64,000 bases of DNA from Mobula birostris. Its lineage: Eukaryota. The notes beneath the pieces are model-generated. The model saw only the letters and a list, made by a program, of their open reading frames with translations. It was not told the DNA's origin and did no database searches. Below, piece by piece: positions 11,401-26,400 of the stretch; position 1 is the first letter of the stretch, and every line of letters begins with the position of its first letter. The stretch covers positions 206,354,770 through 206,418,769 of the forward strand of contig NC_092374.1 of the NCBI RefSeq assembly GCF_030028105.1, read 5' to 3'. The position numbers were made by a program, and so were the translations under genes.

Positions 11401-14400
11401 CCCCACCCCCCAACAGTACTCAAACAGGAGTACTTATTGTTAAGGGGAACAGCCACAGGGGTACTCTCTCGTACCTACGTCTTGCCCTTCCCCCTCCTGA
11501 CTGTTACCCACTTCGCTGTCTCCTGTTGTTCAGGAGCCTATAGCTCCTGATTGCTCTGAAGACAAATCAGCTGCCGGAATTGAGATCTGGAGAAGTGGCA
11601 GCTGCTCAGCGAGATGATCCGGGCATTGGTACCATTTGGGCGGTGGTCGAAAAGGGAGACGTGGCTCAGGCGGAGAGGACGAAACAGACATCGGTGCCTC
11701 CATTACTACGAGAATGGTCTCGGTTGGAGTTGAAGAAATAGATATTAGACTGGGTCACGTCACCGCCGGACCCACCTCGGCGTTGCCAGCTGGTTCTGCC
11801 CGAAGAATATCTGAGGATTGCGTTGAAGTCACTTCATGATGATTCTCGACATTTGCGGGTGGAAAAGACCTATAGATTACTCAGAGACGAGGAATTCTGC
11901 ACATGTTGGAAATTCAAGCAACACACATCAAAGTTGCTGGTGAACGCAGCAGACCAGGCAGCAGCTCTAGGAAGAGGTACAGTCGACGTTTCGGGCCGAG
12001 ACCCTTCGTCAGGACTAACTGAAGGAAGAGCTAGTCAGAGATTTGAAAGTTTGTGTTTTGTAGGAAGGGTTGGCGAATTATCTCAAAGTCATGAGGACAT
12101 GACTGAATTTGGTGGGGGCAGAGTGTAACGCGCTGTAAGGCTTCACTGCTAATACAATGGTTTCTCGGTGGCAGCGAGGTTTTTGGTTATGACTAGAGAT
12201 AACGGGGCTTTGGAATGTGTGTTAACCAATGAGAAGGATGTTGTACTTTCTTGTGGGTCTGGAAGAGAGACTTTCGCGGTCTTTTGCCGGCGGGAGATGA
12301 AGAAGGAAGACGTGTGTGGAGAGAGCTGGTAGACCACCGGATAGAGTGGACTCAGTAGGAGCAAGGGTCCAAGTATCAGCGACGCTCGGAGGAGCTCGAT
12401 GTTTCATGAATGGCCGTATCCGTGGGCTCCAACGTACACACTTAGACTGTTGCATTAAAATGGGCCCTTTTCCTCTTTATTTTCTTTACTAACCCTATAT
12501 TCAGATTAAGATTTATAAAGTTCAATCACTTAATTGCATACGGTGTACTGTCCGATAATTTGCTGTGCGAATTTGTAACCGGGCAACACATCACGTAGCA
12601 TCCACACAACCAAGATTTCTCAGTTTTGGTGGGGCCAGAAGTTGTCTTCCCCTAGACGAACACGTGCTGGCCGAGCCTGAGGGTTATACTAGTATTATTT
12701 AATTGAACGTCCTAGTTTTGATAATGTTGGAATTCGTATGAATGAAGTCTGATCGCCATTTCTACGTCGTGGTCTGTCTTTCCTCAGCTCCTGGGCTCTG
12801 ACATTGCCAGCACCTATCAACCTCCATTTTAAATATAGACCATAAGCTCATAAGACATCGGAGCTGAATTAGGCCATTCAGCCCATCGAGACTGCTCTGC
12901 CATTCCACATTGTTTGATTTATCATCCCTCTTAAATCCATTCTCTTGCCTTCTCCCCGGGACCTTTGTTGCCTTCACTAAGTAAAACCTATCAACCTCCC
13001 CTTTAACTATACCGAATTATCAATATGTGCCTTGTCGTATGACGTGAGCGATCATGATCTTTCCATGAATGTTCTTGGCATTTTTTTTCTACAGAAGTGG
13101 TTTGCAATTGTTTCTTTCTGGGCAGTGTCTTTACAAGACGCATGACCCCGCCTTTATCAATACTCCCTCTCTGATTGTCTGTCTGGTCACATAACCAGGA
13201 CTTGTGATATGCACCGGCTGCTCATATGACCATCCACCACCTGATCCCATGGCTTTTCGTGACCCTGATCGGGGGGTGGGGAGTCTGAGCAGATACAAAT
13301 CCTTGCCTAAGGGTGACCCAGCAGGTTTAACAATCTTGTAACAGCTGTCCTTGACCCTGGTCATCAACAGTCGTGTAACAGCTGTCCTTGAGCCTGGTCT
13401 ACAACAGTCCTGTAACAGCTGTCCTTGAGCATGTTCTTCAACAATCCTGTAACAGCTGCTCTTGAGCATGGTCTTCAACAATCCTGTAACAGCTGTCCTT
13501 GAGCATGGTCCTCAACAATCCTGTAACAGCTGTCCTTGACCCTGGTCTACAACAGTCCTGTAACAGCTGCTCTTGAGCATGGTCTTCAACAATCCTGTAA
13601 CAGCTGTCCTTGACCCTGGTCATCAACAGTCCTGTAACAGCTGTCCTTGACCCTGGTCATCAACAGTCGTGTAACAGCTGTCCTTGACCCTGGTCAGCAA
13701 CAGTCGTGTTACAGCTGTCCTTGACCCTGTTCTACAACAGTCCTGTAACAGCTGTCCTTGACCCTGGTCATCAACAGTCGTGTAACAGCTGTCCTTGAGC
13801 CTGGGAAGAACAGTGATTTGTTTTGGCCCGAAACGTCAACTGTACTCTTTTGTGTAGTTGCTGCCTGGCCTGCCGAGTTTGTATTTGTGTTGCTATGGTG
13901 AAGGGACCATGGTTGACAGGATATGTGGAACATCGAGCCAAGAGGAAGGAAAAGGGCTTACCTAAGGTTTAGGAAGCAAGGATTAGATAGGGATTTGGAG
14001 AGTTACAAGCTTGCCAGGAAGGAGGTTAAGAACGGCCTGAGGAGAGCTAGAAGTGAGCATCGGAGAGTAGGATTAAGGAAAGCCCGTGGAGGAGTACTAC
14101 ACATACGTGAAGAACAGGAAGGTGACTAGAGTGAGGGTAGAACCGATCAGGGTTAAAAGAGGAAACATGTCTGGAGTTGGAGGAGATAGGGGAGGTCCTT
14201 CATGAATACTTTCCTTCAGGTCTCCAGTGGGAGGGAACTCGACGTTTGCCAAGACAGGGTAAAGCAGGCTGATACATGTTGTTGCTAAGAAAGAGAATGT
14301 GCTGGAGCTTTTGAAAAACATTAGATTGATTGATTGATTGATTGATAGATACTTTATTGATCCCAAAGGAAATTGCAGTGTCACAGTGGCACTGGAAATG

Positions 14401-17400
14401 CACAGATACCGAAGGTGAGATGACCTCATATAGCGCCCTTTGGAGCAGCGGAGTTGTCGTAATCTATTACTAGAGTGTACACAATCTTCTTGTACACAGT
14501 CTCTGTGTTGGTGCTCCATTCAACTCTGCCATCCAGGCGCACCCCGAGGCACTTGTAGGTCCTCACTACATCCGCACCCTCACTATCAATAGTAACAGAG
14601 TGCAGTGCAGTCTTAGTCTTCCTAAAGTCCATCGCCATCTCCCTTGTCTTACTTATGTTGAGGTGCAGATGATTCAGCTTATACCATTTAACAAAGTCCT
14701 CCACCAGGGCCCTGTATTTATCCTCCCGTCCTCCCTTTATACACACAACTATAGTTGAGAAATCAGAGAATTTCTGCAGAAGACATGACTCGGTGTTGTA
14801 CCTAAAGTCTGAGGCGTGCAGGGTAAACAGGAAGGGAGACAATACAGTCCCCTGTGGGGCCCCAGTGCTGCTTATAGCCATGTCTGACACGCAGCTCTGA
14901 AGCCAGTCAGGTCGTCCATTATCCAGGAGACAATGGAAATGCCAACCTGCATTGAAAGGAGCTTTTCCCCCAGCAATGGTATTGAAGGCACCTGAGAAAT
15001 CAAACAACATGATCCTCACAGTGCTGCCCTGCTTATCCAAATGAAAGTAGACTCTGCTGAGCAGCTAGATGACAGCATTGTCAACTCCAATGTGCTCCGG
15101 GTAGGCAAACTGCGGGGGATCAAGGGCTGATCTGACCAGGGGTCGGAGGTGAGCCAGGACCAGCCACTCTAGGGCCATGATGAGTGAGGTTAGGGCCACT
15201 GGACGGTAGTCATTCAAGACTTTTAGTTGGCGTTTCTTGGGCACTGGGACCATACATTATATTTTCCACACAGCCAGGACCCTTTCCAGGCTGAGACTCA
15301 GATTGAAACTGCTGGAGAACACCACACAGATGCTCAGAAAACTCCTTCTGGTCCTTGGGGTTCACACCATCTGGGGTCCCAGCGCTTCGCCGCGTCTGAC
15401 TTTTCCCAGAGCCCTTCTCACCTCTCAGTAGTGAAGGTGAGACAATGATGACTGGGGAGTTGGTGGAAAGTGGGGACCGGAGCGTGAAGGTCGGGATGTA
15501 TGTGAAGGTGTGAGTGGTTCCTACAGGGCGGGAAGGTGATGTAGACGGTGGTAGCCTGCGTTGTTCATCCATGTGTTGAACTGGAGGGGGAAGGAAGGGA
15601 GGCGTTGAAACTGAGGGAGCACTGGGTGCCTCTACACCTGGACTGGTGTGCTGAGCAGGTGTGAACAGGGGGACAATTCTCAAACCTGTGACGGGGTCCT
15701 GAATTACCCCTATGAATTGTGCTTTTGAAAAGAGAGGGAGAGAGAGTTATTTAACACCGACATCTTATTTTTAAGAGAGAGAGAGAGACGAAGACAGCTT
15801 TGGATGATGTTATGGGTTTTCTGCAACATGTTTACATTTTTACAAGGACACTGGTTTCAGCTTCTGTATTCTTGCAGACAGAGAAGGGAGGGGCTGTTTG
15901 AGTGACAGTTGTTATTCGGCACGGTGAGATAAATAGAAGGCCAGATGATAAACGGACAGACACAGGGTTTTGGACACTAAATGACCTTTGTTGTGCCCAC
16001 GGAAAAAGTGGGTTTTGGAGGACCGATCAGGCGGATCGATCAGTGTCTCTCGCAGTGCGAAAAGGGAGTGACCGGTGGGGAGTTGTTTGTGTGACCACCC
16101 CTCGCCTGGGTTGATAGTTCCACCACAGAAGAACGGTCCGCTTTGTTGTGGTCACAGACTGTGACTTGTAAAGGATTTCGGAGGACAACGGGAAGATCGA
16201 CGGCATCAGCTCACCTGAAGACTCAAATCACTCCCTCTCTCTCTCCATCACTACTCAACTCAATACCACGAACTGAACTGAACTTTACTCATCATCGTAA
16301 GACTGTATCTATTTACCCCGAGACTTGAAGAAGCTTGTTTTTTCATATATATTTCCACACTTACCTATATATAATCATTGCTAACCTTTTTGGCTTATCT
16401 GCATTTATATTACTGTATTGCGCAGCTACTAATAAATTACATTAGTTAATAGCAATACTGGACTCCAAAGTGTTTCCATCTCTGCTGGTTCTTTAACCCG
16501 TCACAGGGTACGTGACAAACCTATTGAAGAATTGGTTTAAATCACTAACCCATTCACAGCTCCATTCTGAGGTTCTACAGCTAGGCTGATTCAAGCCAGT
16601 GATGTTCTTCATGCCTCTCCAGCTCCCTATCCACCACCCCCCCCCCCCCACCGTCTGCCCAAACTTGTCACCAGATCAAAGGTTCAAAGGTTCAATTTAA
16701 TATCAGAGAAATGTAAACAATATACATCCTGAAATGCTTTTTCCTCGCAAACATCCACGAAAGCAGAGAAGTGTCCGAAAGAATGAACAACAGTTAAACA
16801 TGAGCACCCCAAAGTTCCCCCCAGCCTCACCCACCACACCACCACCCCCATCGCGTAAGCGACAGCAAGGCAACGATACCCCCCCTCACAACTCCCCCCC
16901 CCCGGCAAAAAGCGCACCCGCTACCGAGCACAAGTGTGAGCTAAGCGATAGCAAAGACCTAGACCTTGCAGCTACCCCAAAGACTATCGCATTTCATCCG
17001 GCATTCGGCAACCCACAGGTTCTCTCTCTCTCCCTAATAAGAGAGAGGAAGGTGTTCCCCATTTTCACAGCGAGGGGGAGACATAACATCAACTCGCTGG
17101 TTTACGATGTTCAAAAATCCGTTTCTATGCCCGAAGATCGCAAGGTCTTCGGGCCCACAGCGAAAGATTTTCCGGCTCCCCGACGACACACGAGTCTCCT
17201 GCCGGAGCACTGACCCTCGACCGCCCGCCTCCAGAGCCCCGACATCTTGGGTTTCCAAACCCTCGGCCGCCTCTCGGGCAGAACGCTTGGCGTGCCGAAC
17301 AGCGGCCGGTCCTGAAACCCCCGAGAACGGGTCCCATTCCCGCAAAGAACGAAAGTCTGCGTGTAACTCTAGGTCAGGGTCTTCAGAAGAACCTGAATGG

Positions 17401-20400
17401 GAAAGATGAATATATTAAAGATGGAAACGGAGCTGTTTCCGAAGAATGAAGCAAAGGAGTCACCGTTTAGCTCCATCTTGACTCCGAGTCTCTCCTGAAT
17501 TCCTCTTTAGCTACCTTGATCTCGTCCTTTAGCTCCTTCTGCGCATGCTTCAATTCCTCGCCGTCAGCTAAAGACTCTTTCGATCACTGATGACCCACTG
17601 TCCGTTGTTGGGAAAGTAGCGAACAGGATAGTTCGCTGCCAGAATCAGGGTAGGTAAGTTCTGGGGCCGGACGGGGTATACCTCAGGTTGCTATGGGGAC
17701 CAAGGTAAGAGACTGCTGCGCCCTTCGCGATTATCCTTGCTTCCTCGATGGCCACTAGAGTAGATGTTTGCAGGGTGAGAAATGTTTTCCTTTGTGTTGA
17801 GGGCCATGGGGGGGGGGCCATGCTGGGCGAGAATGCGACAGAGCTGGCTGAGAGGGGTGGGGATGGGTTGCAGGGGAAATTGGCCTCTTCCCACTTCCAT
17901 CCCATGTTCCCTAGCGGGTTTATCCAGCAATTCCTGATCTCCCTCCCCGCTGCATTTCCAGGGTTTCGCTGCCCGGCTCCCGCAGTCGAACACGGGTCGT
18001 TCTTTCCACGGAGGGGGTCGCATGCTCCGGGGGACATGGTCAGCATTGAGTGCGACGACGGCTACCAGCTGCTGGGGTCGAGCAGCCGGACCTGCCTGCC
18101 CAATGGCCGCTGGAACGGCAGCACTACCGCCTGTGATGATGGGAGTAAGTCGTGGTAGCCGGAGAAGGGACTGCTGTTGTTGATCCACTGTGCTTGGAGG
18201 TCAACCGAACTTCCTAATAGCCAATCCGGGCTACCGGTATTCCGTGATGTGTAGTCATGTTCAGTAACACTAAATTCTCTGCTGTGTACTAGTGTACCGT
18301 ATACTGGATGGTGTCCTGTGGATTGGTGTGCTGTGTACTGGATGGTGTGCTGTGTACTGGATGGTGTGCTGTGTACTGGATGGTGTATTGTGTACTAGAT
18401 GGTGTATTGTGTACTGAATGGTGTACCGTGTACTGGATGGTGTACTGTATACAGGATGTTGTACTGTGTACTGGATGGTGTGCTGTGGATCCGTGTGCTG
18501 TGTACTGTGTACTGGATGGTGTACTGTATACTGGTGTACTGTGTTCTGGATGTACTGTATACTGGAAGGTGTGCTGTGTATTGGTGTACTGTATACTGGA
18601 TAGCGTGCTGTGTATTGGTGTACTGTATACTGATGTACTGTGTACTGGACTGTATACTGTGTACTGGATGTTGTACTGTATACTGGACGATGTACTGTGG
18701 ATCGGTGTGCTGTGTATTGGTGTACTATATACTGGATGGTGTACTGTGGATCAGTGTGATGTGTATTGGTGTACTGTATACTGGATGGTGTGTTGTATAT
18801 TGGGGCACTGTATACTGGATACTGTGCTGTATACTGGTGCACTGTATACCGGATGTTGTGCTGTGTATTGGTGTACTGTGTAGCAGATAGTGTGTTCTGA
18901 TTTGGTACTGTAGATTATACTGTATAATGCATCGTGTATTGGTTCTGTGTATTGACCACTCGTGCTGCATTCTGGCACACTCCCTTGTCTCTTTCAGCGG
19001 ATACCTGCCCAAATCCCGGAATTCCGCCGGGAAGCGTCAAATCTGGGAAGAACTATGGCGTGGGCGATAAGGTCCATTACCGATGTCAGGACGACTTGGT
19101 TCTGATTGGCTCGCCGGTGAGGGTCTGCCTGGAGTCGGGAGTCTGGACGGGCTCCGAGCCCAGCTGCCAGCGTAAGACAATGAGAGAGGCATGAAGCGGC
19201 CAGAAATGGTTTGCAAGTTAAATTTTCTGAAGAGAGTTTACTGAGAGTCAGAATCAGACTTATTGCCACTGACATATCTTGTGTCAGTGTTTCACGTCAG
19301 CGGTGCAGTTCGCTGTAATTTACAATAAAAAGGAGCAAACTAGTGAGGAAGCATTCATGGGTTAATGGACCTTTCAGGTTCTGATGGTAGAGGGTACGAA
19401 GCTGTTCTGAAACCTTTCAGAGCAGCACACATAGAAAATGCTGGAATAACACTCAGCAGGTCAGGCGGTATTTGTGGAACAGAACAGGCGGCATTTTGGG
19501 CCAAGACCCTTCTTCGGGACTGGAAAGGAAGGAGGAAGAAGCCAGAATAAAAAGGTTGGTGGAGGGAAAGGAAGACAACCTAGCAGGTGATAGATGATGG
19601 GTGGTGGGGAAGGGGCGATCGATGAAGTAAGAAGCTGGGAGATGATAAGTGGAAAATGCTGAGGGCCAGATAAAGGGGTAATTGATAGGAGAGGAGGGTG
19701 GACCATGGGAGAAAGGGGAAGAGGAGAGGGATCAGTTGGAGATGATAGGCAGGTGAGACGAAGAGGTAAGCATGGGGCGGGAGTCAGAGTGGGGTATAGA
19801 GGAGAGAAGGTGGAGAATTCAATGTTCATTGCATCAGGTTGAACGCTTTTGCTTCTCACACCTGAGAGTGGCCTCATCGCTTTTACGACTGAAGTTGAAG
19901 TGTTCCTAAATTAATGGGCATGGGTCTTTAGTCTCCTCTACCTCTTCATTGACAGTAGCACTGGAGAGTGCTGAGGAATGAACTCCTGGTGGAGGTTTGC
20001 TGACAGATGCAATAGAGGGACGACAGGGCCGAATGATTGCCCACAGAGGAAAGCTGGTGTTTGGATCTCACCGGAGTTTAGAAGAATGACTGGGGGAGGG
20101 GGCACAGATGGGATCTCGTTGAAACCCGTCGAATATTTAACGGCCTAGATAGAGTGGATATGGAAAGGGTGTTTTCTACAGTGGGCGAGTCGAGGACCAG
20201 AACAGAGGGACGTCCTTTTAAACAGAGGTGAAGAAGAATGTCTGTTATTCCTCACAGACAGTTATGGAGTCTAAGCCATTGGGTACATTTAAAGCGGAGG
20301 TTGATGGGTTCTTGACTGTTCAGGGTGTCAAAGGTTACGGGATGAAGGCAGAGGAATGGGATTGTGATGGATAATGGTTCAGACATGATGTAATGGCAGA

Positions 20401-23400
20401 GCAGGGCCAAATGGCCTCATTTGATCCTATGTCCTGGTTTCATGAGATTTAATCTCATGAGGGGGTGTGTGGTAATTGGCCTGAAAAGGGTGGTATTCTA
20501 TCTAAGAGTGGAGTCAACCAATCCATGATGATCTCGTGGTGGTCTTCAGGGCCTGGGATGGGGAGCAGGAATGGGCAGTTCTAGCATTAGACCCAGGTGT
20601 ATCATAACCCCAACACAGCTTTGTGCCATCTCCCCTAAATGCTGGAGTCTACTCAAGACATGCATCTCTTAATGGATTTTTGATGGGGAAGAAATTAAGG
20701 TGATAGAAGCGTTGAGATTGACGTAATACACATGCGATAGTAAAGGCTAGCATGGGCTAGAGGGGAAGAACGGTCTTCTGTTCCTGGCTTTGATGTTCTC
20801 TCTCTCTCTCTCCCTCCTTCCCTCTCTTTCTCTCTGTCAATCTCTCTCACACACACATGCACACACTGACGATCTATGTCTCACTCTGTCCCTCACATAA
20901 ACACTCTCTCAACCCCTCCTCCTCCCCCTCCCCTATTCCTCTCTATCGCATTCAGACAAATTTTCCTTTGATCTCCCGGAAGAAGTGGCGATGCATTTCT
21001 CATCCTCCTTCTCCCTCCTGCTGGCCGAGTCGAAGGAGGAGGCTGTGAAGGCAGGTGAGTAACCGCGGGGCACCCGGTCACTCTGCAGCCCGGGGCACCC
21101 CCACTCACCCTTCCAGCCATGACATTCCCAGCCGGCTGCCTGAGAGCAGGAGCGACAACCTGGCTTCTGCCACGGTGGCGTGGTGGTTAACGCGACAGTA
21201 ATACAGCTCGGAGTTCAATTCCGACACGTTCCCCCGTGATCCGCGTGGGTTTCCTCCCTCGTTGCAAAATCGTCTTGGTATGTAGGTTATTTGATCATTG
21301 TAAATTGTCCCATGATTAGACTCGAGTTAAATAGGTGTACTGCTCGTTGTCCTGGGAGGGCCTTTTACTAAATAAACAATTCTAGATCTGGGCACAAAAG
21401 CACAGCCACATCGACGTATACCTGTATTGTGACAAGTCATTGGGAAATTTTAAAGCGGAGGTTGATAGGTTCTTGATTAAGGGCATCAAAGGTTATGGGG
21501 CGAAGGCAAGGGCATTGGGCTGAAAAAACATATATTAGCCATGATGAATGGCAGAACAGACTCGATGTTGGAATGGCAGTGCAAATCGATAAACTGAATA
21601 GCCTAATTCTGCTGCTATGCCCTATGGTCTTATAGTCACAGACCACCAAGGGACGACACCTCACAACTTCCCCGGTTGGGCATCATTTCTGGGAGCTTGA
21701 CAAAACCTGCATGATCATCCCTCGTCACCCTCGTGAATCTTGAATATCGTTTGGTAGGAAAATTCAGTTTCAGGCACAGACTCACATTCATATTCAGATG
21801 TATTTATCCCATGTGCAGTACATACATTGAAACATATGTAACAACGAACACATCCGAGAATGTGGTGGAGGCACAACAACATCAACATAATCAACAACAA
21901 CAATATCATCAACAGCATCAACATCGTCAACTGCATCAATATCGTCAACAACAACGTCAACATCAACATCAACATAACATCAACATCGTCAACGCCATGA
22001 ACAACATCAACATCATAATCATTAACATCAACAACATCAGCATCATCAGCAACATCAACATCATCAACAACATCAACATCATCAACAATATCAACATCAA
22101 CATCAACAAAGTCAACATCACCAACATTATCATCATCAAGATCAACATCAGGCCTCCAATCTACAGTTCCTGACCCGGGCTCGTAGACCCGACGTTCGCG
22201 GTTCAGCCTCCAGACGGGGTTTAGAGTTAGTCACAGTAATTATCCATGGATTCTGATATATTTGCGCGCCTAGATGGTGTGGGAGCTGCAGGTGAACCTG
22301 CAGATGGTGGGGCCTTTCTGGCGGGAGAGGTGTCGGCTTTGGCAAGAGCTGCTGAGGTAGGCTGGGACTGCTCTGAGTGACAGCAAGTGTCACATCAAGT
22401 GCTCAATTGTGCAGGCTGGGGAGTGTTTCTGGTGGTGGGTAATGTGGTGATGAGATTATTGGGTGTGTATGGTGTCGGATTTCCTGAAGGAGGAATTTTA
22501 CAGGGTAGGGCTTACATACTGAACGATAAGACACAAAGGAGTGTGATGGAACACAGGGATCTGGGAATACACGTCCATAATTCCCAGGTAGATAAGAATG
22601 CGCTCGTCCGTGAGGACGACTGACTGGTGCCTTGCGGAATTTATTTACTTTATTTCATTTGAGAAACAGCGCAGAATAGGCCCTTCCAGACCAACGAGCA
22701 GTGCCACCCAGCAACTCACCGATTTAACTGGATCCTAATCCTGGGACAATTTACAATGACCAATTGTCCTAGTAGTCGGTTCGACTTCGGACTGTAGGAG
22801 GAAACCGGGGCAGCCGGAAGAAATCCACGCGGTCACGAGGAGAACGTACAAACTCCTTGCAGGCGACGATGGAATGGAAGTCTGACACACCAAGCTGTAG
22901 TAGTGTCGTATTCACCGCTCCGTTACCGTGACGCCCCAAAGGTGGAAAAAGCTTGGAGCGTCACCTGGTACAATGACCACGGTAGCGTAACATTCAGCTC
23001 GCCAGCGATTGGGGTTCAATTCCGCTGCTATCTGTGAGGAGTTTGCATGTTCTCCCAGTGAGCATGCCGCTTCCTGCGGCTGCTACGGTTTCCTCCCACA
23101 TTCCAAACGCTTACGGGTTATAGGGTTAGTAAGTTGTTGGCCGTGGACGTTGGCGCCGGAAGCGTGCTGTCGCTTGTGGGCTGCTCCCCCCACCCCGCAC
23201 CCCCGTGCATTCGCGGATTGTGTTGATTGTAAACACAAACGACGCATTTCACTGTATGTCTCGATATACATGTAACACATAGCGCTAATCTTTAAACACA
23301 GTATTGGTCATAGTATTTATGGGGGACACTACAACGCCCCTCTTAATCACTTCTCACTTTTCCCAGATAAGCTGGGCAGGAAGATCATCCTGACGCAAAA

Positions 23401-26400
23401 TCAGAAGCTTTACATCTACGTGCTGCTGGATGTCTCCGGGAGCATTACCAGGAAAGACTTTCAGACAGCGAAGGAGGCCCTGAGCCAGTTCATTGACATG
23501 GTAGGACCTGCACAGGGCGGGGCTTTCACAGGGCGGGGCTTTCACAGGGCGGGGCTTTCACAGGGCGGGGCTTTCACAGGGCGGGGCTTTCACAGGGCAG
23601 GACTCACGCAGGGCAGGACTCACGCAGGGCAGGACTCACGCAGGGCAGGACTCACACAAGGCGGGACTCACGCAGGGCAGGACTCACGCAGGGCAGGACT
23701 CACGCAGGGCAGGACTCACACAAGGCAGGACTCACACAAGGCGGGACTCACGCAGGGCAGGACTCACACAAGGCGGGACTCAGGCCGGCTGGGATTCACA
23801 CAGGGTGGCAGTTACAAACTGTGGGATTTACATAGAATAGGACCTAAACAGTGTCGGGCTGACAATGCGTGGGGCTTACAAGGATAGCGCGTTCACTGGG
23901 TGGGGCTTACACAAGGTAGGAATATCACAGGGTAGAACTCACACACGGTGGGACGTGCTGTAATCCAGATGGCAGTGTGTGATGGTGCAGACCAGAATAC
24001 AGATCCATATCTCATTGAAAGTGGTGTCACGAGTATAAAGGACTGTAAAAACAGAATGCTTTTTCAGTCAATGTGTTGACTACAATAGTTGGGATATTAT
24101 TTTGCAGTTATAAAGGGCGTTGGCAAAGTCTAATTTGGACCATTGAGTAACTCTCAACCTATCGCAAGACATGCTTTCTAATCCAGGCAGCATCCTGGTA
24201 AATCTCTTTTGTACCTCTCTAAAAGCCTCCACGTCCTCCCTACAAGGAAGTGACGAGGACGCTGGATGGGATGGGAGAGGGAGAGGATATTGGGGAGAGG
24301 GGAAATGCAGGCACTCCTCTAATCAACAGCCTCTTCAAATAGATCAGCCGCTTTGAGGTGAGTGTGAGGTACGCCATCCTTCTCTTCGGCTCCCAGACCC
24401 GTGATGTCGTCCACATCGGCGCTGAGGAATCCTCCGATTCCAGAGAGGTGTCGAATATCGTGTCCGCAATGAAGTATGACGGTGGGTAATGTTGTGTGGG
24501 AGGAGCCGGGGGGGGGATTGGGAAGAGGGTGCTGTGGAGAGTCAGTTACCAATGGTGGAGGTAGAATTATGTGCTTGACTCCTCCCTCCCACACACCCAC
24601 CCTTTGACCGCCCACCCTGAGCACCTTCCCTGCCCCACAACACCCATCATGGAACATTGGCCAGGCCACAGGGTATATTTAAAGCGGAATTAGTAGACTA
24701 TTGATCAGCCAGGGTGTGAAAGATTACGATGAGAAGGCCAGAGAATGGGTTGGGAGGAGTAATACATCAATAGAGCAGAATCGATTGACCGAATGGCCTA
24801 AATATGATGCTGTATTCCTTGTGGTCTTACGATGGCCTCATACTCCCTCTACACATTGTGTCACCCGTCCTCTCCATGTCCTTCCCACCACCTGCTCCAT
24901 GCAAAACATCTCTGCCGCAACCAATGTCCTTAGAGGACAAAGAACAGTAGAGCACAGGAACTATCCATTCGGCCCACAATGTTGCTACTTATTCATAGAA
25001 ACATAGAAAACCTGCAGCATAACACAAGCCCTTCGACCCACAAAGCTGTGTTGAACATGTCCTTACTTTAGTAATTACATAGGGTTACCCATCGCCCATT
25101 TTTCGAATGTACCTATCCAGGAGTCTCTTAAAAGACTCTATCGTATCCGCCTCCACCACCATAGCCGGCAGCCCATTCCACTCACTCCCCACCCTCTGTG
25201 TGAAAAACTTACCCCTGTCAGCTACTCAGTACCTACTTCCAAGCACCTTAAAACTGTGCCCTCTCGTGCTAGCCATTTCAGCCCTGGGAAAAGGCCTCTG
25301 TCTATCCACACGATCAATGCCTCTTGTCATCTTGTACACCTCTATCAGGTCACCTCTCATCCTCCGTCACTCCAAGGAGAAAAGGCCGAGATCATTCAAC
25401 CTATTCTCATGAGGCATACTTCCCAATCCAGGCATCATCTTTGTAAATCTCCTCTGCACCTTTCCTATGGTTTCCACATCCTTCTAGTAGTGAGGCGACC
25501 AGAACTGAGCACAGTACGCCAAGTGGGGTCTGACAGGGTCCTATATAGCTGAAACATTACCTCTCGGCTCTTAAACTCAATCCCACGATTGATGAAGGCC
25601 AATACACCGTATGCCTTCTTAACCACAGAGTCAACCTGCACAGCAGCTTTGAGTGTCCTATGGACTCGGACCCCAAGATCCCTCTGATCCTCCACACTGC
25701 CAAGAGTCTTACCATTAATACTATATTCTGCCATCATATTTGACCTACCGATTGAACCACCTCACACTTATCTGGGTTGAACTTCATCTGCCACTTCTCA
25801 GCCCAGTTTTGCATCCTAACAATGCCCCGCTGTAACCTCTGACAGCCCTCCACACTATCCACAACACCCCCAACCTTTGTGTCATCAGCAAATTTATAAC
25901 ATATCCCTCCACTTCCTCATCCAGGTCATTTATAAAAGTCACGAAGAGTAGGGGTCCCAGAATAGATCACTGAGACACACCACTGGTCACTGACCTCCAT
26001 GCAGAATATGACCTGTCTACAACCACTCTTTACCTTTCGTGGGCAAGCCAGTTCTGGATCCACAAAGCAATGTCTCCTTGGATCCCATGCCTTCTTCCTT
26101 TCTCAATAAGCTTTGTCAAAGGGGTACTTTATCAAATGCCTTGCTGAAATCTATATACGCTACATCTACTGCTCTAACTTCATCAATGTGTTTAGTCACA
26201 TCCTCAAAAGATTCAAACAGGCTGTAAGGCACGAGCTGCCTTTGACAAAGCCATGTTGACTATTCATAATCATATTATACCTCTCCAAATGTTTATAAAT
26301 CCTGCCTCTCAGGATATTCTCCATCAAGTTACCAACCACTGAAGTAAGACTCACTGGTCTATAATTTCTTGGGCTATCCCTACTCCCTTTCTTGAATAAG

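Noticed and set aside
21170-21230. tRNA-like A/B boxes
   Set aside because: Head of a tRNA-derived SINE; no full cloverleaf
21733-22173. Poly-Q/H and poly-N/I ORF
   Set aside because: (CAA/CAT)n microsatellite with no supporting splice context
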